Below, piece by piece: positions 1 to 9,177 of a stretch of 64,000 nucleotides of DNA (position 1 is the first letter of the stretch; the number at the start of each line of letters is the position of its first letter). The DNA lies in IMG/VR virus record IMGVR_UViG_3300005289_000016, positions 124,001 through 188,000 of that record; one strand, 5' to 3'. The notes below the pieces were generated by a model, which did not search any database, had not been told where the DNA came from, and was given only the letters and a program-made list of their open reading frames with translations. The position numbers and the translations under genes were made by a program.

Positions 1-78
1 ACATCAGCAATGATTGGGGTCACGTACGTGACACTGTCGGTCAACACGTAAGCTTAGCCATTAACTAAGGGAATCATC

Positions 79-1539
79 ATGCATACTTCTCAAACGACCC
101 ATCACCGCATCTTCTTCGCCAACGTTACCAAACCAGACTACCTTGAAGGTCTGTGTCTGGACCTTGGCTTCGAGAAGGTGAGCGACACCATCTACGACCT
201 CGTTCTGGACGAAGGCCACTCGATGAGCGTGGAAGGCGCCTGCCGTATCGCCGTCAAGGTAGCTGCACTGGGCAACGCCGAAGGCGATCCGGAAGACCTG
301 CAATTCATGCTGGGTGCGCTGGCACGCTTGCTCGCTGAACGTGGCTACACGCCTCACAGCACCACCTTCGACGCTGACGTCGATCTGGAACTGTTGGTCG
401 ATCAAGACATCTCGTGCCTGGAACTGTTCGACCTGCTGTCGGCATTGTCTTACGGGTACGAAGTGCGCGGCATCTACTCTCAATGGGCCATGAACAGCAG
501 CAAGGCAGAGTTCGGTGCTCATGCTGGCGGAACCCGCATCACCATGCGCGATTTCTCCATCCCGTGCCAAGTGTATCCGAACGATGCAGAAGGTCTGATC
601 CACCTGCTCGCTCAGCACAGTCCTGAGAACATCGGCGACATCTACCTCATGAAGCTGATCCTGCCTCTGATCGAGATGCCGGGTATCTTGAACAAGACCA
701 TGGAGCTGTCTGTCCATGCTGCCCTAGCCCGTTTCTTGGGCGGTGTGCCTCAGATAAAGTTGTACCACGAACGCCCCAACGCACCGGTCCCGGATATTGG
801 ACCCGACCCACTGGCTCGTGAGTACACCCCACCGATCGCTCCAGCGTTGATCGCTCAGACGTTTGCGAGTATGCAGCGTCAAGGCATCGACCCGAAAGAC
901 ATCGAGATCAAGGGTGTAAAGTTCCGTGATTCCAAGCCTCTTACTCCGAACGACTTCCGCAACTTCCAGCCGGCACCATTGAGCGGTATTCCGGTCGACC
1001 TGCAATTCTACCTGCTGTGGTACGGCTACTCACCACTGAGCTACATCCGCGGTGAGCTGGAGATCGCTTGCGACATGGAGAAGATCTCTGCTCAGGTGCA
1101 GGCAATTCGTGAAAGTCTGGAATGTGGCGATGATTCGAAGATCCCGCCGATGGGCCGGTTCAACGAGCAGTACATCTCCTCGCCGAAAGACCCGGTCCTG
1201 CGTCCTGACGACGTTCTGGAACGCGGTCGTTCGACCATGCTGTCTCAGACTGGTTTCGAGCAGGATGCGGTGCCGTTTGACCGTGGAGTTTTGCAAGACA
1301 TCCACAATGAAGCCGCAGGCATGGCACGCAGCAGTCAACGTGACGTGATCGACCGTGAAACCCATCGCCCTACCTCGCAGAGTGAGCCGGGTATTCCAAG
1401 TGTCATGGTTCTAGAGAAGACCGGCCCAGACTATTCGGAAGTGTCTTCTTCACGCCAGTCGTTTGCTGAACCTTCCCCGTCACCGTCTCCAGACAACAGC
1501 CCAAGCAGCAGCGACAACAGCACTTCGTCGTTCGACTAA
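79..1539 (+). CDS. hypothetical protein (486 aa), Ser/Pro-rich C-terminal tail
   Basis: Long ORF with phage-typical codon usage, AAGGGA RBS upstream, followed by a hairpin; no family recognised. Confidence 0.85.
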   Translation: MHTSQTTHHRIFFANVTKPDYLEGLCLDLGFEKVSDTIYDLVLDEGHSMSVEGACRIAVKVAALGNAEGDPEDLQFMLGALARLLAERGYTPHSTTFDADVDLELLVDQDISCLELFDLLSALSYGYEVRGIYSQWAMNSSKAEFGAHAGGTRITMRDFSIPCQVYPNDAEGLIHLLAQHSPENIGDIYLMKLILPLIEMPGILNKTMELSVHAALARFLGGVPQIKLYHERPNAPVPDIGPDPLAREYTPPIAPALIAQTFASMQRQGIDPKDIEIKGVKFRDSKPLTPNDFRNFQPAPLSGIPVDLQFYLLWYGYSPLSYIRGELEIACDMEKISAQVQAIRESLECGDDSKIPPMGRFNEQYISSPKDPVLRPDDVLERGRSTMLSQTGFEQDAVPFDRGVLQDIHNEAAGMARSSQRDVIDRETHRPTSQSEPGIPSVMVLEKTGPDYSEVSSSRQSFAEPSPSPSPDNSPSSSDNSTSSFD

Positions 1540-1551
1540 CCAAACATAACC

Positions 1552-1571
1552 GGAGGGGCGTGTGCCCCTCC
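1552..1571 (+). terminator. hairpin terminator-like element
   Basis: GGAGGGGC-GTGT-GCCCCTCC just after stop; weak U-tract. Confidence 0.55.
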
Positions 1572-1605
1572 ACCTTAACCGTATAGACAACTAGGAGTTT
1601 CACCC

Positions 1606-2289
1606 GTGGACGAAACCACCAAAGCAGTTGACAATATCGAATTCGATACTCTGAAACAAGAGTCGGCCATCTTGGACATGTTCGAGGCGATCAAGAACCC
1701 GAACTACAAGAAGGTCAAGAAGTTTGCTGCTCGCATGTACAACGAGTGCACCCTCGAGATCCAGAAGCGTCTGTGCCGGGACATCTACCGCGCTGACGAT
1801 CCGGTCAAGTACATGCGTTCGTGCATCAACAAGATTCGTGACTGTGCCATTCTCGTGGAACAGTTCATCGAAGACGGTTGCCACGGCATGATCTTCACCG
1901 GCGCCAACGGTACTGACGTGTGGCCTGTCCAACTGACCACTCGCATTGCCGTGAGCTGGTTGGAAGACGGCAAGCGTTGGGACGAAGAGCAGGAAATGAT
2001 CATTGCTCACGACGCAGCAAACTCGTGGATGAAGGAGCACGACAAAGGCTACTTCTTCGGCAAGGTGGTCCTGTTCCCTAAATTCGGCTTCTCCGGTGAA
2101 CCACGTATCATCGAGATGGCCTGCGGGGATACTGAAGGCATGGTGAAATACCCAGGCACCAACTACTACGTCAAACCTGAGGCGACTCACGCCATGCGTG
2201 TGTTGAACGAAGAGATGGCGGCTCAGATCAAATCGGGTAATGGGACTGCGGCTGTACGTCAGTTGTTCCACCTCACCCACAACGCGTAA
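1606..2289 (+). CDS. hypothetical protein
   Basis: GTG start with AGGAG RBS; 227 aa. Confidence 0.85.
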   Translation: MDETTKAVDNIEFDTLKQESAILDMFEAIKNPNYKKVKKFAARMYNECTLEIQKRLCRDIYRADDPVKYMRSCINKIRDCAILVEQFIEDGCHGMIFTGANGTDVWPVQLTTRIAVSWLEDGKRWDEEQEMIIAHDAANSWMKEHDKGYFFGKVVLFPKFGFSGEPRIIEMACGDTEGMVKYPGTNYYVKPEATHAMRVLNEEMAAQIKSGNGTAAVRQLFHLTHNA

Positions 2290-2298
2290 GGAAGTCTT

Positions 2299-2895
2299 AT
2301 GGCACACCGTCTCTTTGTCCGCGACACCCCCAAGGTAGCCAAGCAGATGGGCCGTCTGGCATTTCGCCAGACCCCTAAAGGCGTGTACCAGCTTGACGCG
2401 TTCATTATGCAGCACTTGGACATTCAAGAAGAGTGTCCTCAAGGCTATCGTCCGGTGGCCGTGCACATCCTGCCGTACACTATGGTCGAGGATGAGCACG
2501 TCTATTACGCGTTTAACAGCCTTGGGGCACCTACGCTGTATGTGAGCTTCCAAATCGGCCCAGAGGACTTCGTAGCGGCCTCTGAGACCGATCCGTACAT
2601 GTCTCTGCCACGTAGCATTGTTGGCAAGATTGTACGGACCTTGGATGCCCCGCACATCGACATTGCACTGGACATGGAACGCTTCATGTACCCGTCGGTG
2701 GTAAACGGGGAATTCATATGGGCGATGGAAGTCAAAGGCGATGACAACCACACCGTCGATGAACTTGTCGCTCAACTGGGAACTGTTCTCGGACGGATCA
2801 CCAAAGCACAAGTCCTCAACAAAGACATCGAAGTCAACACCCTGTCGTTGGCCGCGATCAACTATAAAGCACCTGCATCAGACCTAACCATCTAG
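2299..2895 (+). CDS. hypothetical protein
   Basis: AAGGA RBS, 198 aa, operon-like spacing. Confidence 0.85.
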   Translation: MAHRLFVRDTPKVAKQMGRLAFRQTPKGVYQLDAFIMQHLDIQEECPQGYRPVAVHILPYTMVEDEHVYYAFNSLGAPTLYVSFQIGPEDFVAASETDPYMSLPRSIVGKIVRTLDAPHIDIALDMERFMYPSVVNGEFIWAMEVKGDDNHTVDELVAQLGTVLGRITKAQVLNKDIEVNTLSLAAINYKAPASDLTI

Positions 2896-2909
2896 GAGTA
2901 AGCGGCATC

Positions 2910-3272
2910 ATGGGAGCCCAATTGGCCATCCAGATTCACCTGTTCACAATGTCACTAACGATCGTGTTGACCGTGGCGTACATCGTACACGGACTGATTT
3001 ACCCGAGGGTCAGTGGAGAAATTCCACTGGGGCCTCATCAGGTGGATTACAAGGTAGGTCGGATTCCCTTCGTCAACTCGGGCAAGTTCTTCATCAATCT
3101 TTACCGGCACTGGTGGTGGGTAGAGAACGTTGATGAATTCCTGTCAACCACTGGTAAGCAACTGCGCTACGAGACGAAGTCGTACTGGGCACACATCCTT
3201 GATTGTGGCCTGTTGTACCCGGCGTTGTTCGTGTATGTGTGGAACGGCTATCACTGGATGTTGTTCAAATAA
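2910..3272 (+). CDS. putative membrane protein
   Basis: AGGAG RBS; hydrophobic N- and C-terminal segments. Confidence 0.75.
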   Translation: MGAQLAIQIHLFTMSLTIVLTVAYIVHGLIYPRVSGEIPLGPHQVDYKVGRIPFVNSGKFFINLYRHWWWVENVDEFLSTTGKQLRYETKSYWAHILDCGLLYPALFVYVWNGYHWMLFK

Positions 3273-3277
3273 CACAA

Positions 3278-3320
3278 AGGTCCAGAGCGGGGCTACCGCT
3301 CTGGACCTGCTATTTCTTTT
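3278..3320 (+). terminator. rho-independent terminator
   Basis: 13-bp stem AGGTCCAGAGCGG/CCGCTCTGGACCT followed by TATTTCTTTT. Confidence 0.8.
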
Positions 3321-3416
3321 GTCGTGGTTAAATAAAACGCATGCTTCATCCACTATGGGACAACCCACCGGCCAGGAGACACATTCTCTTGGCCCTTATA
3401 CCGGAGAGTCAAAATC

Positions 3417-3824
3417 ATGTTTAAAGGCGCTATCAAATCGGAGTTCGTAGCTCTGCCAGCCGCTACAGGTTACATCATCGTCTGTGTACCGACCAGACGC
3501 CACGTCAAGGCCCTTCAGACGCTACTGGGGCCACGTATCTCCCAAGAGGAGGCGGTAGACTGGGATACCTTCAACGCCAACCCTGAGGCGTATCCAGACA
3601 AGAGCCGTCTGATCTTCATGGAAGCGCACACTACCTCGGAGACCATCGCCAAGATGCCTCCAAGGATGACCTTCTTGGCTGCGGAGGTCTTCGTTCTGGC
3701 AGGCAGTGTTCAGTTGATGGCCTTGCGTGACCAGACTGGTTGCAAGTGGGGTGATCTCGAGAAGCGCATCAGTAGTGACAGTGTGTTCGAGGGGTTCGCA
3801 GCGGCGTTAGCCAAGACTGAGTGA
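3417..3824 (+). CDS. hypothetical protein
   Basis: GGAGAG RBS, 135 aa. Confidence 0.8.
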   Translation: MFKGAIKSEFVALPAATGYIIVCVPTRRHVKALQTLLGPRISQEEAVDWDTFNANPEAYPDKSRLIFMEAHTTSETIAKMPPRMTFLAAEVFVLAGSVQLMALRDQTGCKWGDLEKRISSDSVFEGFAAALAKTE

Positions 3825-3878
3825 GAAATAAAACCTCATTCTCTTCACCTATGACTAACCTGATAGCTCGAGGCTACA

Positions 3879-4295
3879 ATGCGGTTGAAACCCTTAGTGT
3901 TGGCCATTGCTAACCTGCACCAGTCCCACCATGACAGTTCGTTGGAAGTGGGTGAGATCAAATCTCTCTACAAACCAAAAGGCGGACTGACAGTTGTCAA
4001 ACCTGAGTTTGTGCCTGCTCGTCATGCTGTCGAGCTCGTACGCATCGAAGGCGAAGACTTCGTCCTCAGGCCGGGACTGACCATTGTCGATGGGATTGCC
4101 AGACGGGTCATTGAGACCCCTGACTACATCCATGTCTTCTCAGTGAAGGCTAACTTTGCCACAGGTGACGTTGTCGGTCACCTTCAATCCTTTGAGTACG
4201 GGTCGCACGAATACGTCTACATGAAAGGCGAATGGGCGATCACCACGTACACCACCAATCTTAACCGGGGAACCCGTCATGTACAATCGCTCTAA
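3879..4295 (+). CDS. hypothetical protein
   Basis: GAGG RBS, 138 aa. Confidence 0.75.
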   Translation: MRLKPLVLAIANLHQSHHDSSLEVGEIKSLYKPKGGLTVVKPEFVPARHAVELVRIEGEDFVLRPGLTIVDGIARRVIETPDYIHVFSVKANFATGDVVGHLQSFEYGSHEYVYMKGEWAITTYTTNLNRGTRHVQSL

Positions 4296-5016
4296 CACGT
4301 TGGGCTTTGCGGCCCTGCTGGATGCACTGGTCATTGATTTGGCTACGGAGCTGGAGATCCTCGTGGATCAAGCCCCGACTGTCCGTGACCACTTCGCCAC
4401 CCTCGCCGCTGCTAAGACCCTCGTGAAGCATGAGGTGGATGTGCACGGCGTACAAATGAAGGAAGAGCTGCTTGAGGTCCGTGAGTGGTTCGAACTGAAA
4501 GGTTGCCCTGGTGTTTCTTTTACCGTCATCATGTCCTTCAACGACGACCTGGCCTTGATCAAGTCCGACGTTGAAGTGCGTGGCGTGACTGCTGCTAAAG
4601 TCGGTGGGGACCGATTTATGCAGTGGGGCTCGATGGAGAAGAAATGTCTGGTGTTCGAGAACATCGACCTGTGCCAGTTCGTGGCCACTCCTAAATTACT
4701 CGGCCCATTGGCTGCGGTAATCTTCTCGATGCTGTTCAACAGTCAGTACTCTGATGACTTCGTCGAGATGGCAGAGCTGTCGCTGGACTTCGCTCAAGGG
4801 CATCACCAGATCTTCATCAATAACGAGCACTATGGTTCCGTCCACGACCATCAGAACTTCACCTTCTATCCGAAGAAGGGGTATCACGACCTGATCGAGT
4901 TGGCTGCGCTGTCGTTCTTGGGCACTTGTCCTCAGCACCGTGACATCTACTTCGTCCCTGAACCGACCGGTTCCAAAGGCACGGATCTGTTTCTGGCAGT
5001 CGAGCCCGAAGAGTAA
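4279..5016 (+). CDS. hypothetical protein
   Basis: 245 aa, short overlap with the previous gene. Confidence 0.8.
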   Translation: MYNRSNTLGFAALLDALVIDLATELEILVDQAPTVRDHFATLAAAKTLVKHEVDVHGVQMKEELLEVREWFELKGCPGVSFTVIMSFNDDLALIKSDVEVRGVTAAKVGGDRFMQWGSMEKKCLVFENIDLCQFVATPKLLGPLAAVIFSMLFNSQYSDDFVEMAELSLDFAQGHHQIFINNEHYGSVHDHQNFTFYPKKGYHDLIELAALSFLGTCPQHRDIYFVPEPTGSKGTDLFLAVEPEE

Positions 5017-5073
5017 GGAGCGAGTGTGATCTTATGGCAATAATCCGAATAAAGCAACCTTAGGTATTTGTCT

Positions 5074-5559
5074 ATGGATCGCACTCCCTTGTCCCTTTGG
5101 GCCAAGCACCTGATCCGCGCGGCCATTGACTACTTCAATGAACGTTCGGTTCAGGCTTGCCTGATTGTGGACAACACCGTTCTGAAGGACGGAGTCCTCG
5201 CTTCAATGAAACAGGACGGCGGTGACTTCATCGTGTGCGTTGCACCTGGCTTCACTACGCAATTGGATTTCGATGAAGCCGACCTCACGATCGCCGTGAA
5301 GTTCGACAACCTAGCCCACGTCATGTGTATCCCGTATAACGCCATTAGAGCAGTGATTGCCGCTAATGCGGGCGGGGTACTCACTGAAGATGGTCACATG
5401 AACGTAATCAGCATACCGCCGGTGGTCTACCCACCTGCGTCACGTTACCGCACCGAGCGCGAGTTGGCAGAGAAGGCCCAAGCGGCTATCGAAGTCGAGA
5501 TGCATGCTCAGCCTAAACAGGAAGAGTTGCAGCTTGTCGCTAAAAAGAAAAGGTCATGA
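5074..5559 (+). CDS. sspB: SspB-like ClpXP adaptor (stringent starvation protein B homologue)
   Basis: HLIRAAIDYF..LIVD..FIVCVAPGFTTQLDFDEADLTIAVKFDNLAHVMCIPYNAIRAVIA aligns by eye with the SspB pattern YLLRAFYEW..LVVD..IVLNIAPRAV.NL....F.ARFGG....V.VP..AV.AIYA. Confidence 0.75.
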   Translation: MDRTPLSLWAKHLIRAAIDYFNERSVQACLIVDNTVLKDGVLASMKQDGGDFIVCVAPGFTTQLDFDEADLTIAVKFDNLAHVMCIPYNAIRAVIAANAGGVLTEDGHMNVISIPPVVYPPASRYRTERELAEKAQAAIEVEMHAQPKQEELQLVAKKKRS

Positions 5560-5566
5560 GGACAAA

Positions 5567-5872
5567 ATGATCGAACAAGTCTGGTACGACACCTTCAACA
5601 AGCTGGAGCAATTCACCCACGAGCTGGAGAAGGTCAAGTCCTATGTGGCATTGAGTGAACTCAAGCCCCTCTGGCGGATCATGAAGTCTGTCCAGTTGCG
5701 TTACATCCCCATAGTCACCGAAGAAGTGAGCAACCGCTTGCATCAAGTGGTCACTCGCCTTGAGATCCGTGATGTGGGTGCCAGTGCTTGGGACGCAGAC
5801 GCGGCCATCAGGTTCATGCGCAACATCAACATGTCCTGTTCTCTTGATCCAGTTTCTCTGGGTGACGAATAA
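5567..5872 (+). CDS. hypothetical protein
   Basis: GAGGA RBS before ATG at 5567. Confidence 0.75.
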   Translation: MIEQVWYDTFNKLEQFTHELEKVKSYVALSELKPLWRIMKSVQLRYIPIVTEEVSNRLHQVVTRLEIRDVGASAWDADAAIRFMRNINMSCSLDPVSLGDE

Positions 5873-5918
5873 CGTTACTTATCATCATTGAACTTCACCA
5901 GTAGTAAAGGGATAGACC

Positions 5919-6581
5919 ATGAAAACTCAAGATAACGCCAACCCGAAAACCCTTCTCGGTCACGCCATCGTGTTCGTTGCATCCTACGAGGCTGCTGCGG
6001 AACTGATCAAGCGTCTTCCGGATGTGAAGGAGTTCTTCGTCATCGGCGACAATGTGCGGAAAGTGCCAACACCGGTCCAGACGCTCTTCAAAGAGCGCAA
6101 CGCAAGACCGTTCCGCATCCGGACTTCCGGTACATGGAATCCCTTGTTCAAAGCAATGGGCGAAGTAGATGACGTGCGTAATGAAGGCGTCAAATACGGT
6201 AAGGTAGGAGATCTGATGTTCATCTCCATCCTCAGTGCCCATGAGATCTCTTCGGCCCTCAACCGCCATCGTGCGGTGAGCCAGATCTCGTGCCGCGAAA
6301 TGTATTGGCTCGACACTCTCAGCCTAGGAGAGGAGGCAGACGAGTCCATCGACCTTGCATTGCGCAGCATGCCGTCCGTACTGACCCCGATCGCTTACAA
6401 GGACCTGACCGCACAACAACGGTTTGACTTGACAGCGTTCGAGTTTGCCCGGTTTACCCGTCCGATCCATTGCGTGGACTCAGTTGAGAACTCGTACAAC
6501 GGCGTGGCGTTCTACACGAACTTCAAACTGGGCGAGTCGTTTCACGGCACGCGTGCTGGCATCAGTACTCGTGCAGCGTAA
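5919..6581 (+). CDS. hypothetical protein
   Basis: AAGGGA RBS, 220 aa. Confidence 0.8.
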   Translation: MKTQDNANPKTLLGHAIVFVASYEAAAELIKRLPDVKEFFVIGDNVRKVPTPVQTLFKERNARPFRIRTSGTWNPLFKAMGEVDDVRNEGVKYGKVGDLMFISILSAHEISSALNRHRAVSQISCREMYWLDTLSLGEEADESIDLALRSMPSVLTPIAYKDLTAQQRFDLTAFEFARFTRPIHCVDSVENSYNGVAFYTNFKLGESFHGTRAGISTRAA

Positions 6582-6586
6582 TACCC

Positions 6587-6616
6587 GGGGAGGGCTTCGG
6601 CCCTCCCCTTATGCCG
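6587..6616 (+). terminator. UUCG-loop terminator followed by TATGCCG
   Basis: GGGGAGGGC-TTCG-GCCCTCCCC then TTATGCCG. Confidence 0.75.
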
Positions 6617-6676
6617 TGTGACATGTGTTTTTGAACAAACCCGACCTATCAAATAGGTAACCAAGAGGAAGCCATC

Positions 6677-6964
6677 ATGGAACGCACGTTTATCAGTAAA
6701 CAGGAGGGTCCGACTCAGGTCTGGATCACAGATGATCCTGAGAAGATCGCAATGTTGACCCGTCCTGGTGTCTTTCCGCTGCAACGTCACACCGTCGTAC
6801 TGAAAGGTCATCAGTTTGAACTCTTCTTGTCGGGTCCTGATACTGATCAATACATGCACGATACCCACGGTGCTACGGAGTTCGCTAAGAACTTCATGAC
6901 CAACGATTCGAGCGAGCTGATGGACTGGGCTCGCGTACTGTTGCTTCACGAGGATGGACGATGA
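6677..6964 (+). CDS. hypothetical protein
   Basis: GAGGA RBS, 95 aa. Confidence 0.8.
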   Translation: MERTFISKQEGPTQVWITDDPEKIAMLTRPGVFPLQRHTVVLKGHQFELFLSGPDTDQYMHDTHGATEFAKNFMTNDSSELMDWARVLLLHEDGR

Positions 6965-7371
6965 GTGTATTTGAATCGGCTCTGGATGCATTCAAGGAGC
7001 AGGCACGTAACGACACACAGAGCTACTTGAGCGTCGAGCAGCTTAAACTCCGAGTGCGCATGTACAAGGACTTCGATCCGTCCTATGACGACACGTGGCC
7101 TGAGGATGTACATGCACTCTTCGCAACCGGTGCACTGCACATGGTCTTTGCGCCTAAGTTGGCTTGCATCCAGCGCCGTGACTTTGTAAATCACCCAGGG
7201 CATCGAGTGGGCAATTATGCTATCTACCTTCTTCAGTCAGCAATGAACCGGCAAGGGGGTATCAGGGGAGAGGGCTTCTGCATTGCACGGATCAGTGCCA
7301 CTCATCCATTGTTCGACCCTGTCACAATCGCAATCATTAAACCGTTTTGGTACAACCTGCATGTCGACTAA
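6961..7371 (+). CDS. hypothetical protein
   Basis: ATGA overlap with the previous gene. Confidence 0.75.
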   Translation: MSVFESALDAFKEQARNDTQSYLSVEQLKLRVRMYKDFDPSYDDTWPEDVHALFATGALHMVFAPKLACIQRRDFVNHPGHRVGNYAIYLLQSAMNRQGGIRGEGFCIARISATHPLFDPVTIAIIKPFWYNLHVD

Positions 7372-7945
7372 ACACCGGAAGAAAATGAAGAAGGAGCGCA
7401 AGATGCGCCGTCAACAACTCAATGTGTTCAAGGGTATTGGGTTTCTGATCGTACTGGCAATTGGCCTTGCTGTCTTCCAGCCTGCCAAAGCTGCTTCGGT
7501 CGCGATCACGGCCAGACCAGTGGTTATCTCAAGGCCGGCAGTATCGACCCCGACTGTGCGGGTCTCTACACCAACGCCTCCTCCGGCACGAGTGTCTCCG
7601 CCACCTATGCGATCATCAGGTTCCTACCGGAGCATGAATGAAAGCGCACCAGCATCGACTCCCATGCCAATGCCGTTGTACGTACCCATGTTCATCGGTG
7701 GCAGTGGGGCCAGTGCTAGTGAGGCGACTGAGGTAGCGACTCCTCTACTGACCAAGTGCACGGTCAAGGAGTTCGAACAGGCCAGGCTTTGGCAGGAAGA
7801 CTGCAAGAACCTGAAAGAAGTGCAGTCGGGATACTGTCCTCTGCTGTCTTATTTCCGCTACTGTAAAGAAACCACCCCGGAAGAAGCGCAAGACCTCAAG
7901 CCAGCCGGTGAGAAGTACAAGCACGTCTTCCTAACTGGGAGCTGA
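7361..7945 (+). CDS. putative membrane-anchored/secreted Pro-Ser-rich protein
   Basis: Basic N-terminus, hydrophobic helix GIGFLIVLAIGLAVF, AKA cleavage-like site, Pro/Ser linker, 4-Cys C-terminal domain. Confidence 0.7.
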   Translation: MSTKHRKKMKKERKMRRQQLNVFKGIGFLIVLAIGLAVFQPAKAASVAITARPVVISRPAVSTPTVRVSTPTPPPARVSPPPMRSSGSYRSMNESAPASTPMPMPLYVPMFIGGSGASASEATEVATPLLTKCTVKEFEQARLWQEDCKNLKEVQSGYCPLLSYFRYCKETTPEEAQDLKPAGEKYKHVFLTGS

Positions 7946-7947
7946 AC

Positions 7948-8271
7948 ATGAACGCAGACACCGATCACGCGTTGAAGAACTGGAAATCCTCCAAGCTGCT
8001 GAAGAAACAAGCACGGCACTTGAAGGAAGAACCACTCTACGCGAAAGAGGACCCTGAGGCTAAGGCAGAGCTGTTCAAGTTCTGCTACGCCGTACGGGCA
8101 AAGCTGCGTGACATTCAGGAGAAGCCGCTTGAAGAAAGACCGGCCCTTCTTGAAGAGTTCCGCAAGGATTATAAACTGGCTGTCTCAACGCAAGACTTCA
8201 AGCGTTATGACGTCGACGTCCATGGGTATTCCTTAGGGATGATCATGGAGATTTCTGAGGAGGTGACATGA
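7948..8271 (+). CDS. hypothetical protein
   Basis: 107 aa, tight spacing. Confidence 0.8.
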   Translation: MNADTDHALKNWKSSKLLKKQARHLKEEPLYAKEDPEAKAELFKFCYAVRAKLRDIQEKPLEERPALLEEFRKDYKLAVSTQDFKRYDVDVHGYSLGMIMEISEEVT

Positions 8272-8489
8272 GCATTACTGAAGAACCAATCGGCGCTATC
8301 CTGTTGGATAACTACGAGGCCATTGAAGAGGCTATCTTTGACGGTACTGGGTTCCATGCTTCCGAGACAGCTCCCACTGATCTTGCGGATATGATCCATC
8401 GCTTTACCGAGCATGGTGACAACGTAGCCTTCGTGAATCCGACTCATGAAGAGTACGTGGAGCTCATCATCCGCATCCCGAGGGTCTAG
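8268..8489 (+). CDS. hypothetical acidic protein
   Basis: GGAGG RBS, ATGA overlap. Confidence 0.75.
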   Translation: MSITEEPIGAILLDNYEAIEEAIFDGTGFHASETAPTDLADMIHRFTEHGDNVAFVNPTHEEYVELIIRIPRV

Positions 8490-8491
8490 TC

Positions 8492-8968
8492 GTGATCGAA
8501 TCTGTAACGGACAACGTCTACCTGCTCGGTGGCAAGCTTCGCGATCAATACGGTGAGCACTGCTGTTTGCACGTACACGATCAAGAGCTGGCTGAGTACA
8601 TGAAACAGTTCAGGGGCAAGTACGTCACGATGCGCTACTGGGTCAATGATCGTGAACTCACGTCCGTTGAACACGCCACTGAGTTGACGCTCGAGCAAGT
8701 CATGGGCGCTGGTGCTGTATCGGCCAAGTGTGATCATCACTGGTCAGAGGCGACGGGCTATCTATACACCACAGAAGATGCTCAGGTCGGTGGTCATGAT
8801 CTGTTGGCTGAACTGGAAAGCTGGGTGGGCAAGTTCCTGCTGCTGGAGATTGAGGTGCACGACGAAGCACCAGCCAATGCTCAAGTCAATGAGGTGGCCA
8901 AGAAGATCACCCATGACACGCCAGCGATCGATGCACTGCTGCACACGCTCATGGGCAGGCCTCTATGA
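8492..8968 (+). CDS. hypothetical protein
   Basis: GTG start, 158 aa. Confidence 0.8.
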   Translation: MIESVTDNVYLLGGKLRDQYGEHCCLHVHDQELAEYMKQFRGKYVTMRYWVNDRELTSVEHATELTLEQVMGAGAVSAKCDHHWSEATGYLYTTEDAQVGGHDLLAELESWVGKFLLLEIEVHDEAPANAQVNEVAKKITHDTPAIDALLHTLMGRPL

Positions 8969-9177
8969 TCCATCATGAAACGCGGACCATTGACCTGATG
9001 GCTCACGTCAAGGGCATGTATCCGCCACCCAATAACAACTGGTCGATGAAACGTAAAGTCAAGCATCGCAAGTTCATTGCGGCAAAGATGAAACGTCACC
9101 AGAACACCATTCTCTCCGTAATCAAGGAAGTCGCACATGACACCATTCGTTCTGAACACCCGTCTGACACCAACTGA
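8965..9177 (+). CDS. hypothetical basic protein
   Basis: ATGA overlap; overlaps thyA start by 41 nt. Confidence 0.55.
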   Translation: MIHHETRTIDLMAHVKGMYPPPNNNWSMKRKVKHRKFIAAKMKRHQNTILSVIKEVAHDTIRSEHPSDTN

